Shown here one piece after another: positions 39,394 to 52,902 of a stretch of 64,000 nucleotides of DNA. The DNA comes from a bacterium. Its GTDB lineage: Bacteria; Zhuqueibacterota; Zhuqueibacteria; Residuimicrobiales; Krinioviventaceae. The stretch's first letter is position 1, and each line of letters starts with the position of its first letter. A model generated the notes under the pieces. The model worked only from the letters and a program-made list of their open reading frames with translations. It was not told the DNA's origin and searched no databases. The DNA lies in contig OY843751.1 in the NCBI GenBank assembly GCA_963693055.1, positions 1,408,001-1,472,000 on the forward strand. Reading direction: 5' to 3'. A program made the position numbers and the translations under genes.

Positions 39394-41379
39394 CTATTTG
39401 AGTAACAGCATTTGACGTGATTGACTGACAATATCATTGCCTGTTTGTAATTCCATTCTGTATATATAAATACCAGTTGATACACGTATGTTTTTATCAT
39501 TACGCCCATCCCATTTTATTTCAAATGTACCTGCTGATTGGTGTTGGTCAATGAGCGAACGTACCATTTCTCCTTTTAGATTATAAATGTCCAACCTGAT
39601 ATCGGCAGAAACCGATAGCGAGTAGTTAATGGTAGTTGATGGATTAAAAGGATTCGGGTAATTTGAATTCAGTATAAATGTATTTGGAATATTGTCAGTA
39701 CCGGAGTCTATTCCTGTTGGTGTATTGTTTACTATTTGAATCAGTTCAATACCTTCACCGGTTCCCAGATTACGGCTGTATTGTTTGTCTGTTGAATTGT
39801 TCCAGTGCTCATGCACACCCAAACTTGTAAGGGGAACGCCGTCATTTTCCGGATCATATACTGTGCCCGAAGGTGGATTGTCTGCCTGTGCCGCTTCGTG
39901 GAGATAATTGTCTGCTGTGCCGGCAGAAACGGCCCCTTCTGATCGTAAAAAGTCCAGCAAGACTGACTCTATGGCAATACCATCCTGGCTCATAAACAAG
40001 CTCGAGGCGGGGCCACCATTGAATGGTGGCGCAGACCAGTAACGATAGCGGATGCATTCAGCCATAAACAAGAGTACCTTGCCTCCCAGATCTTTATGCC
40101 CCAATAGATCGACCAAGGGATTGTAAGAGCCCATGGGGCGCATGGGAATATCATCAGAGAAATTGAGTGCGGCGACAGATTTGTGCATAAATTCCGGATG
40201 CCAGCCGTGATAGTATTGGTATACGGTAGGATGCCAGACGGATCCAAAGAAATTTTTGGCGCAGAATGTAACCCCTGCCAGGTCATGAGGACGAGGCAAG
40301 GCAACGTTGATGAGATATTTGGCTTCAGAGACTACTGTAGGCAGACAAACTGTTCCACTTCCGGGAACAATGTCCGGATCCCCATAATAGACCACACAAT
40401 TGGTATCGGGTACTACTTTTTCGCGGGTGCCGGCATCGTTACCGGGACCGGATTCATAATTACTGCGATCGGTGGCATCACCTTCGGCCCAGCGCACACC
40501 GGGAAAGTCAGCATGGCAGTATTTATAGACAGGATCGCCATGATAAAAGATACAATCATAAAGGCTTATGTCTTCTTCCGGTACGCCGGCCATATTCACC
40601 AGTTGCCAGAGCAGAGCATGTAACATTTGCGGACAGGGGCGGTTATCCTGGCTGTTTGTCCATTCATATGAACGGGAGAATATGTTGTTGACCTTGATGG
40701 CGATTTTGTCACCTGCCTGGTAGCCCACATCCTGTTGATTGTGATGTGTTTGATTAAAGTTTCTAAAAATGGCCTCCCAGGATGCAACGGGATCATCAAG
40801 GCCGGTGAGGTTGAGTAACGCATCGGTCATCATTTGCTGAGCTATCTTTGGATTGGTTCGTTCGTCTTCCCACCACCAACCGCTTGTTTCGCCCTGATCG
40901 CAGAGCAGACTGTCGTATACCCACACAACACGTCCGGGATAAATTCCTCTGCCAATCCCCATAGGGCTGTTGGCTGGCTCGGTGGGCACAAAGGTTCCGG
41001 CTGATTTGGCTGTATTGGGGGTAATATTTAAAGTTATAAAGACAAGTAGTGCCGCAGCGGTAAAACAAATTGCACCTACAATATACCGTTGTCTTTGTAA
41101 CAGATGTCTGGCTCGTTGTATTATCAATGTAGAACCGGCTAGCCCGGTTAACCAGACAACAAAGCTGGCTGCTATCGGTTGAGCTACCTTTTGGCAGGGA
41201 TAGGTTGCACGGCTGGGTTTAGGTACAACTCTTAGGAGAACCCAAATAAGAGAAGCCAGTCCCAAAAGGATCCAAAGCAAAAAGGACTTTTTATTAATAA
41301 TAACTAGTCCGATAATTTTGCCAGTACGAGGGCACACTGTGAACGGTTTCATTATCAATCGTTTAATTTTGGTTAACAT
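39394..41379 (-). CDS. DUF362-domain protein with C-terminal FlgD-Ig/T9SS-type sorting domain
   Basis: RVVPKPSRATYPCQ, GIYPGRVVWV, KIAIKVN, H.LAGVTFCAKNFFG, SQDGIAIESV, DNYLHEAA, LGVHEHWNN; NYPNPFNPSTTI...WDGRND. Confidence 0.8.
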   Translation of the reverse strand: MLTKIKRLIMKPFTVCPRTGKIIGLVIINKKSFLLWILLGLASLIWVLLRVVPKPSRATYPCQKVAQPIAASFVVWLTGLAGSTLIIQRARHLLQRQRYIVGAICFTAAALLVFITLNITPNTAKSAGTFVPTEPANSPMGIGRGIYPGRVVWVYDSLLCDQGETSGWWWEDERTNPKIAQQMMTDALLNLTGLDDPVASWEAIFRNFNQTHHNQQDVGYQAGDKIAIKVNNIFSRSYEWTNSQDNRPCPQMLHALLWQLVNMAGVPEEDISLYDCIFYHGDPVYKYCHADFPGVRWAEGDATDRSNYESGPGNDAGTREKVVPDTNCVVYYGDPDIVPGSGTVCLPTVVSEAKYLINVALPRPHDLAGVTFCAKNFFGSVWHPTVYQYYHGWHPEFMHKSVAALNFSDDIPMRPMGSYNPLVDLLGHKDLGGKVLLFMAECIRYRYWSAPPFNGGPASSLFMSQDGIAIESVLLDFLRSEGAVSAGTADNYLHEAAQADNPPSGTVYDPENDGVPLTSLGVHEHWNNSTDKQYSRNLGTGEGIELIQIVNNTPTGIDSGTDNIPNTFILNSNYPNPFNPSTTINYSLSVSADIRLDIYNLKGEMVRSLIDQHQSAGTFEIKWDGRNDKNIRVSTGIYIYRMELQTGNDIVSQSRQMLLLK

Positions 41380-41591
41380 GGATAACTCCCATATAAAGCT
41401 TTTGATTGCAATGTAACATTGGTATTTAGGCGCTCAACAGAATAACTGTCTGTGTTATGCTTGAGAAATTGTTAGTACGGGTAATTAGAATTGTCTGATT
41501 AAAGAAAAGCGTTTCCCGTTGTTTTGAACCTTTTTGAAATAAATTATATCCCCTAAAAAGTTCGAATGACATATATTTAATTATATTAACT

Positions 41592-42923
41592 CACTACTGT
41601 CCCAATATTAGTTGAATAAATTCAATTGGTTATCATTTTGTAAGCCATGAGTAAGATTATCATTGTTGCTAAGTAACTGTAAAATAGGAGTTCTTTGAAA
41701 CATATTAACGCTTAATATTTGCAAAAAAGTGTAGAGCGGAATCGCAATATTCAAACGTTTCTTTATTATCGCTATAAGCACGTATATACATATTGCAATC
41801 CATATTTGCGATTTAACGGCATTGACTGAAGTGCCATAAAAGGACTTAATTTTTAGGTTTTGTTTTATCCATTTAAAAAACAATTCAATTTGCCAGCGGC
41901 ATCTATATAGTTCAGGAATAGTTAATGCCGGCAAGTTAAAAATATTTGTCAACAAAACGAGCGTTCGTTTTTGATCAGTTATGTATATTTTAACGCGTCT
42001 GAGTCTTTCAGGATAATCTCGTGATGCATAGTAATTCACTAAAGAAACTGTTTGATCACATCGAAGACCTGTACTTTTATTAACCGGATGTGAATAGACC
42101 CTTTTAGCTTTAAGGTTCGACTTTGCCGGAATGACAAAAAAGGCTCCAGCTTGATGGAATCTATACAGACGCTCAAAATCTATGTAACCCTTGTCTAGCA
42201 AATATATGGCGCCAGGCTCAGGAATCAACATATCAAGAATGTTAACATCGTGGATTTTCCCTTCAGTTATCTCTATAAAAGTTGGTATGTTACCACGAAG
42301 GTCCATTTGAGTATGCACTTTTATAGCACCTTTTGATTTTCTAAATCTGGCCCATGGAAATAAAGAAAGGCACAAGTCAATTGTTGTTGAATCTAATGCG
42401 TAAACCATTTCTTTTAATTCAAGGCCGAATTTTTCATCACGATATAACTTGCGGGCCTGATTAATAAGTATTTGAGCAAATTCAGCATAGATGCGCCAGT
42501 CTCGATGTTCATTTGCATTAGCCAAAGTATTTCGAGCAACTATGCTGCGAAAACCCATGTGGTAAAGTAGTTTTCGTTGTGATCTTAAACAAGCTTCTAT
42601 ATCTCTCAAACTATCTCGGAAAGTGAGTTGGGCAAAAGCCATGCAATAAAATTGATCAAGACACGAGAAGGATTTAACTTTATACTCTCCTCTGTATTTG
42701 TGGACGCAACGATGGAATGCCTTTAAAGGCAGGAATTCCATTATTTGAGAAAAAACAGTTTTCCCTTCGTGCATTTCGCCATTCCTCCGCCATTGTTTTG
42801 TTGTGATAGAATGGTGAAATGTAATAATTTAATTCAAATCGTTCCCGTTAAAAATGATAGCGTAAAGATATAATTAACAATTAAATACAATCACTACTTT
42901 CCCCTAACGTTGGGACAGTAGTG
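41592..42923 (-). mobile_element. Intact IS4-family insertion sequence (1332 bp)
   Basis: Terminal inverted repeats CACTACTGTCCCAA (14 bp perfect, 18/20); 9-bp target-site duplication ATATTAACT at 41583-41591 and 42924-42932. Confidence 0.95.
41608..42774 (-). CDS. IS4 family DDE transposase (N-terminal DUF4372)
   Basis: FAQLTFRDSLRDIE, LDSTTIDL, HDVN, DKGY, YRCRWQIELFFKWIKQ (YREK motif). Confidence 0.95.
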   Translation of the reverse strand: MHEGKTVFSQIMEFLPLKAFHRCVHKYRGEYKVKSFSCLDQFYCMAFAQLTFRDSLRDIEACLRSQRKLLYHMGFRSIVARNTLANANEHRDWRIYAEFAQILINQARKLYRDEKFGLELKEMVYALDSTTIDLCLSLFPWARFRKSKGAIKVHTQMDLRGNIPTFIEITEGKIHDVNILDMLIPEPGAIYLLDKGYIDFERLYRFHQAGAFFVIPAKSNLKAKRVYSHPVNKSTGLRCDQTVSLVNYYASRDYPERLRRVKIYITDQKRTLVLLTNIFNLPALTIPELYRCRWQIELFFKWIKQNLKIKSFYGTSVNAVKSQIWIAICIYVLIAIIKKRLNIAIPLYTFLQILSVNMFQRTPILQLLSNNDNLTHGLQNDNQLNLFN

Positions 42924-43309
42924 ATATTAACTGATAATTATATTGTCAAGTTAAATACAAAATAATATTAAAAAACTGTAACCAGAAAAAAATACCACGG
43001 TGAAGAATAGAGTAATGTGCACAATTTTTGTGGATTAAAACAATAGAGCAAAGATTACAAATGTATATAGCGATGAAAAATGCTATAAAATGGAGGCAAA
43101 CCCAAAGAATTTATGAAAATGTTCAAATTAAATCGTTGTTCTTTATAAATATAACTCTTATTATATGAGATTATTATTTCAACATCAAAAGGTGTAAATT
43201 ATACATCCTGGAAACACCATCTGACCATTAAAAAATATATCGTTAGTTAGTGGAAATGGATGTGTGTTAATTTGCAAAATTTTAGAAATGTGAATATTCT
43301 TTAATTTAA

Positions 43310-47398
<4,089 letters not shown>

Positions 47399-47462
47399 TT
47401 GCCCGAGATTGAATGTTATAAAATCTCAAGTATCGAGAAAATTATAATTATTGGAGGCCCAG

Positions 47463-48935
47463 ATGTCTACTCCACAAAAGCTTTTTTTATTGAGTATATT
47501 CTTATTCTTTTCTTGTACCAATAACAATACTGAAAAGCTGGCACAAAAGACACAACCCTTGGAAAATGTGAAAAATGATTTGTTAGCGTGTAACAACAAG
47601 GGTAAGCTCGTTTTTACATTTTCAGTGTTGGCATACACAGTAGACTCTGATTGGGGGAAGGGCGTTCCTAAAATTGGTATGGAACGGTTGGCAATGTTGG
47701 CTCATAAATATGATATCCCGATAACATGGCTCATTGATCCCGGTTCAGGGCTTGCCATGAAACAAAAAATTGACAAATGGCACAAAGAATTTGGTGATGA
47801 TATTGGTCTGGTATGGGGGCATTCTCACGCAACACCCACAGCATATCGAAATCCGCAGCAGGCACTTGATTCTTTAAAAGTGCTCTTTCCATGGTCAAAA
47901 GTTGAGTTGGCTGCTTCGGGAACACGTTCTAACCAATTGCTAAATAAAGTAAAACAGGCAGGAATGTCTGCAATTTGGGGTTCTTGCTGGGAACAGGTTG
48001 GAATTGATAGAATTACAGACCGGGGCGCACCCTGGGGGTATTTTTATGCAGCCGACGATTGTTTTAAAATTCCTTCAAGAGATGCCGGGGGATTGGTCTC
48101 TGTTGAATGGACGACTCGTGATCTGTTAAAATCCATTCATTCTCATGCTCCAACGATTTATTCAAGCGATCCGGATGATGTTGGCAGAACAGATATCTGC
48201 ACCGGTGACAATATTGACTATTGGCGAGGCTTTTTTAACAACTATATCCGTAATATTGCTCATAATAAAGTTGTGTTTTTTCCTCAGCATCAGGAAGCAC
48301 ATGAAATGGAATATAGCGATGCATGCCGGGAATTTACACCTGAAGAAATTGAAAAATCTGAAAAAATGTTGGATGCTTTTTTTGACCATGTCAAGTCTTT
48401 TAATGATATGATTGATTTTATGACTGTACCCGAGGCGGTAAATTTCTATCGGGATAATTTTAAAGAAACTGAACCCTCTGTAATGATTTTTGATGATGTC
48501 CCGGCTCCCAAGCCGCCATTCTGGTATGCGGCCAAAAGTAACCGTGCAACAGGACCTTGGCCACAAACACTTTTCTATTATGATAAGGATTGTCAGGTTG
48601 TATTTATTAAAGATCAATTTAACCCAATTTTGTTGCGGGACTATGTACATAACAGGCAAGTTGATGATCCTGATTATTTTGCAGTACACAGAATTCCTCA
48701 AGTCAAAGTTAACACGCCTTGGGAGAGACGAGAATTTACAGATATCCCCCTGGAGATTAGTACTGAAAAAGAAATGCCCTATGCTGCAGCATTGTGGTAT
48801 GATTTTACGCGTTTCAAAGTGGAAAAAGTAGAGGGTGCCGATATTATTGGTCCTATTGAGGACCAGGTTTTAATTCTACGACTGAATTTAAAAAAAGGTG
48901 TGAATAAAATTGATATAAAGTTGAGCAAGATTTAA
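47463..48935 (+). CDS. Uncharacterised lipoprotein, possibly GH57/CE4-like fold (DUF3863-like)
   Basis: Lipobox FFSC; IPITWLID, WGSCWEQVGIDRITDRGAPWGYFY, VSVEWTTRDL; lies between GH2 and GH3. Confidence 0.6.
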   Translation: MSTPQKLFLLSIFLFFSCTNNNTEKLAQKTQPLENVKNDLLACNNKGKLVFTFSVLAYTVDSDWGKGVPKIGMERLAMLAHKYDIPITWLIDPGSGLAMKQKIDKWHKEFGDDIGLVWGHSHATPTAYRNPQQALDSLKVLFPWSKVELAASGTRSNQLLNKVKQAGMSAIWGSCWEQVGIDRITDRGAPWGYFYAADDCFKIPSRDAGGLVSVEWTTRDLLKSIHSHAPTIYSSDPDDVGRTDICTGDNIDYWRGFFNNYIRNIAHNKVVFFPQHQEAHEMEYSDACREFTPEEIEKSEKMLDAFFDHVKSFNDMIDFMTVPEAVNFYRDNFKETEPSVMIFDDVPAPKPPFWYAAKSNRATGPWPQTLFYYDKDCQVVFIKDQFNPILLRDYVHNRQVDDPDYFAVHRIPQVKVNTPWERREFTDIPLEISTEKEMPYAAALWYDFTRFKVEKVEGADIIGPIEDQVLILRLNLKKGVNKIDIKLSKI

Positions 48936-49077
48936 ATTATACACTTGAGAAGGATAAGGTATTGATTCATCGGTATTCGCAATGGAGATTGAAAGGTGTC
49001 AATAGTTCTCATTTGGGATTTTCATCGAAACAATAATTTGAAAACATTTGCTTTAATAATATCAAAGGAAAAGTGAT

Positions 49078-51657
49078 ATGGTGAAATTAAAAACAATACT
49101 CTCAAGGCGTTGTTCTTTTCTAATTGATCTGATTTTTGTTCATTTATTGTTATCGCTTTTCTTTATACATAATACTCTGGCCGAAAATCAAGAATTTGAG
49201 AGTAATATAGATATACCTGGCTATCGTAATCCGGCATTACCCGTTGAAAAACGAGTCAATGATTTAATGAATCGTATGACATTTGCCGAAAAAATAGATA
49301 TGGTAAGTGGTGCAGGATTTACTACAAAATCGAATATTCGTTTGGGTATCCCTGAAATTGTTATGACCGATGGCCCACTGGGACCCAATACAAAAGGACG
49401 CGCAACAAATTATTCTGCCTGTATCAACATGGCATCTACCTGGGATGATTCATTAATTAAACGGGTTGGTGTTTCCATTGGCGAAGAAACGCGTGTTTTA
49501 GGCCGCAACATGCTGCTGGGTCCTTGTTTGAATATAGCTCGGGTACCTCAACATGGCAGAACATTTGAAAGTTTTGGTGAAGATCCATTCCTGACTTCTC
49601 GAATGGCTGTTGCTTACATTAAAGGTGTACAGAGTCAGCGTGTGATTACCAGTACTAAACATTTCGCGGTAAATAATCAGGAATGGAATCGGGGTGTTGT
49701 GGATGTGAATGTTGACGAACGAGCGCTACGCGAAATTTATTTACCCGCATTTAAAGCTGCTGTTCAGAAAGCTGACACATGGTCGATTATGGCAGCGTAT
49801 AATAAATTCCGGGGTGCGTATTGTTGCTCTAATCATTATTTATTGACAGAGATTCTAAAAAATGAATGGGGTTTTGATGGTTTTGTTGTATCGGATTGGG
49901 GTGGGGTGCACAATACGGTGCAGACAGCGAATTCAGGACTCGATTTGGAAATGCCTGATGGTGCATTCTTGGGTGATGAATTGATTACAGCAATTGAGCA
50001 GGGTGAGGTAGCAAAAGATGTTGTTAATGAAAAAGTACGACGAATATTGCGGGTCATGTTCAAATCTGGACTTTTTGACGAGTCGGTAAAAGATTATGGT
50101 GGATTGGCAAATACAGAAGATCGTCGTGCACTGGCATTGGAAGTGGCTCGTAAAAGTATTGTTATGCTTAAAAATGAAAATAAAATATTACCCCTGGATC
50201 GAGGCAAAATAAAATCCATTGCTGTGATTGGTCCTAATGCTGATGAAGCTCGCATGTATGGTGGAGGCAGCGGATATTTACCCGCACACTATGCAATATC
50301 ACCACTTCAAGGATTGCGTGACAAAGTTGGTGAGGATGTTAAAATTCGATTTGTTAAAAGCGGTCGTTTAAAACGCCAAACATTGCCTGCAATAGAATCC
50401 CAATTATTAACTCCTCCCGGAGCCGATCCGGGTGAACATGGCCTTTTGGGAGAATATTTTAACAATAAAGAGCTTGAGGGAGAGCCTGCTCTACGTAGAA
50501 TTGATGATCAGGTCGATTTTAGCTGGGACACTGATTCACCCGCTCCTGGTGTTGTGAATAAAGATTTGTTTTCAGCAAGATGGACGGGTACATTCACATC
50601 TCCTGGTTCTGGTATGTTTGAATTGGGTATTATGAGTGATAATGGCTGTAGGCTCTATCTGGATGATAAACTTGTCATCGATTCATGGATAGTCGATATG
50701 GCCAGCTCGCTACGCTCCATTTATATAAGCCTTGAAAAGGATCGTAAATACAATATCCGTATGGAGTTTTTTGAAAATATTGGAACGAGTGAAGCGCATC
50801 TGGGAATTGCCTATTATGGCAAAGGTGATGATATTAATCAGGCTGCTATTGCTGCCAAAGAGTCAGACGTTGCTATTGTCTGTGCCGGACTGCGAGAAAC
50901 GCTCGAGGGTGAAGGTAATGATCGAGAACAGCTTTCCCTGCCTAAAGATCAGGTGAAACTGATTAATGCAGTTGTTAAAGCAAATAAAAATACTATTGTT
51001 GTTTTATATAATGCAACACCCGTATTGATGAATGAATGGATAGAGGATGTTCCGGCAATAATTGAAGCTTTTTACCCCGGGCAGGAAGGGGGGCATGCAC
51101 TGGCTGATATTCTTTTCGGTGATGTTAATCCTTCTGGTAAACTCCCATTGACTTTTGTGAAATCGTGGAAGGATTCCCCGGTCTATAAAACGTATCCCGG
51201 TCCAAAAGATTCGGTAACGTATTCCGAGGACCTGTTTGTTGGTTATCGTCATTTTGATAAATATAATGTAGAACCGTTATTCCCGTTTGGACATGGATTG
51301 TCATATACCACATTCAAATATAGTAACCTGGATATTATTAAACAGAATCATAAATTTATTGTCAAGGCTGATATCCAAAATACAGGTAATGTGGCCGGTG
51401 AAGAGATTGTTCAACTATACATCCAGGATGTTGAATCAAGTGTTGAGCGAGAAGTTAAAGTATTAAAGGGATTTATAAGAGTCAATTTAGAACCCGAAGA
51501 AAGTAAAACAGTAACATTTCAACTTGATAAAAGTGCATTGGCTTTTTATGATGTGAAAACAAAAGAATGGATTACTGAACCCGGAGAATTCAGGATATTG
51601 ATAGCAAGTTCTTCCAGAGATATACGATTAACGGGTAGTTTTGAATTGGGAAACTAG
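49078..51657 (+). CDS. Beta-glucosidase (GH3) with PA14 insert and Fn3 domain
   Basis: RLGIP, TDGPLG, GRTFESFGEDP, KHFAVN, VVSDWGG, EGEGNDR, YPGQEGG, PFGHGLSYT. Confidence 0.93.
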   Translation: MVKLKTILSRRCSFLIDLIFVHLLLSLFFIHNTLAENQEFESNIDIPGYRNPALPVEKRVNDLMNRMTFAEKIDMVSGAGFTTKSNIRLGIPEIVMTDGPLGPNTKGRATNYSACINMASTWDDSLIKRVGVSIGEETRVLGRNMLLGPCLNIARVPQHGRTFESFGEDPFLTSRMAVAYIKGVQSQRVITSTKHFAVNNQEWNRGVVDVNVDERALREIYLPAFKAAVQKADTWSIMAAYNKFRGAYCCSNHYLLTEILKNEWGFDGFVVSDWGGVHNTVQTANSGLDLEMPDGAFLGDELITAIEQGEVAKDVVNEKVRRILRVMFKSGLFDESVKDYGGLANTEDRRALALEVARKSIVMLKNENKILPLDRGKIKSIAVIGPNADEARMYGGGSGYLPAHYAISPLQGLRDKVGEDVKIRFVKSGRLKRQTLPAIESQLLTPPGADPGEHGLLGEYFNNKELEGEPALRRIDDQVDFSWDTDSPAPGVVNKDLFSARWTGTFTSPGSGMFELGIMSDNGCRLYLDDKLVIDSWIVDMASSLRSIYISLEKDRKYNIRMEFFENIGTSEAHLGIAYYGKGDDINQAAIAAKESDVAIVCAGLRETLEGEGNDREQLSLPKDQVKLINAVVKANKNTIVVLYNATPVLMNEWIEDVPAIIEAFYPGQEGGHALADILFGDVNPSGKLPLTFVKSWKDSPVYKTYPGPKDSVTYSEDLFVGYRHFDKYNVEPLFPFGHGLSYTTFKYSNLDIIKQNHKFIVKADIQNTGNVAGEEIVQLYIQDVESSVEREVKVLKGFIRVNLEPEESKTVTFQLDKSALAFYDVKTKEWITEPGEFRILIASSSRDIRLTGSFELGN

Positions 51658-51737
51658 AACATGTTGTATCAGATTAATTAAATGCAGAAAAGTAATGTGA
51701 AAACATAAGAATTTCTGGTTACATTTTTTCTCAAAAT

Positions 51738-51780
51738 CACGCCCAGAAGGATTCGAACCTTGGACCTACGGATTAGAAGG
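51738..51780 (-). other. 3' half of tRNA-Arg(TCT), probable att site of an integrated element
   Basis: Reverse complement CCTTCTAATCCGTAGGTCCAAGGTTCGAATCCTTCTGGGCGTG gives anticodon loop, variable loop, T-arm and acceptor 3' strand; no 5' half present. Confidence 0.8.
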
Positions 51781-51857
51781 AACAGGGGGTGTTTGCATGT
51801 TTGCTGTCCAAGTTGCTGATTTTAATGGAATTGTCGTCTCTGCAAACATCCCTTGTT
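51781..51857. repeat. 17-bp imperfect inverted repeat abutting the tRNA fragment
   Basis: AACAGGGGGTGTTTGCA ... TGCAAACATCCCTTGTT. Confidence 0.6.
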
Positions 51858-51884
51858 AGTCAATCCCTGACGTATACGTGATAG

Positions 51885-52902
51885 TTATTTTCGCGCAATA
51901 TCAATGTCCATAGGACCAATATCCGAATGTTTTGTAAAGCTTTGCACGGATTTGAAGCCGACATTGAGCATGGTTTGGGCGATTTCACCCTGTTCAATAC
52001 CAAAGTCCATTTCCATCAATTCAGCGGACAAGAATTCTGTAACATGATAGACGGGTTTTGTGCGTTCATCGGTCAATCCGTCCTGGTGTGTCATAAACGC
52101 ACCACCAGGTTTTAATGTTTTGTATATTTTTTCAAACAAAGGTTTGAAATTTTTATTACAAAAATTTAGTGTGGAACCAGCAAAGATCAGTTCATAAGAA
52201 TCGCCAAGGTCATTGGTCAAATAGTTGACGCTGAATACGGTTACCCGGTCGCTTGTTTCATATTCATGTACAAATTCTTGCGCCACCGCAGCAACAGCGG
52301 GTTGTTCCAGGATAAATGCGTGCATGAGAGGATGTGCGTTTGCAATAGCCATCGCGTAAAAACCGGCGTCACCACCTAAATCAAGCATTTTTATCATTCC
52401 GGGGAATTTTGGTAATTTTGGAACAATACGGGCAATGTTCTGGGCTTCTCCGGTGTATTGATAAACTGCGGAAAGTCTGGCAGAATTTGCCCACATTTCA
52501 TCATTACTCATATCGGTATTGTTTTGGGCTGGTGGACCTATCTTTGACCAGTTGTTTCATTTTGGGCAAAAACATTTCATTCCATGAATTCATGTGTTTA
52601 AAAAAGATACCCAGATAGGCAGGATTTTTAGAAACCAGGAATTCCGAGCCTTTGTCCGTATTGCTGTAAAGCCCCTCTTTTTTATTTATGGTCCCCATAC
52701 CGGCATGTGCGTTCAAGAACAGTTCTGTGTTCACTGGATGAGAATTCATTTTTTCAGCAAGTGTCGTAGCCAGAGATGGGGTTACCAGCAGATCAAAAAT
52801 TTTCCATTCTATTGCTTTGATAAAAATGGTATGCTGTGTACCGCTTCTTACCAAGGCGTAATACTCGCCCCAGGAAGATTTTGTTTCGAGTAATTTTTTC
52901 AT
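51885..52902 (-). pseudogene. Frameshifted O-methyltransferase (dimerisation domain plus Methyltransf_2)
   Basis: 52504-52902 encodes the N-terminal winged-helix part (AIEWKIFDLL...LYSNT..SEFLV); 51885-52511 encodes the SAM domain (LDLGGDAG, LKPGG) in another frame. Confidence 0.75.

Noticed and set aside
36890-42923. Composite transposon carrying the FG-GAP and DUF362 genes
   Set aside because: The flanking elements belong to different families, and the IS4 has its own target duplication, showing independent insertion.
51738-51810. Complete functional tRNA gene
   Set aside because: The D-arm and 5' acceptor strand are absent; only the 3' half is present.
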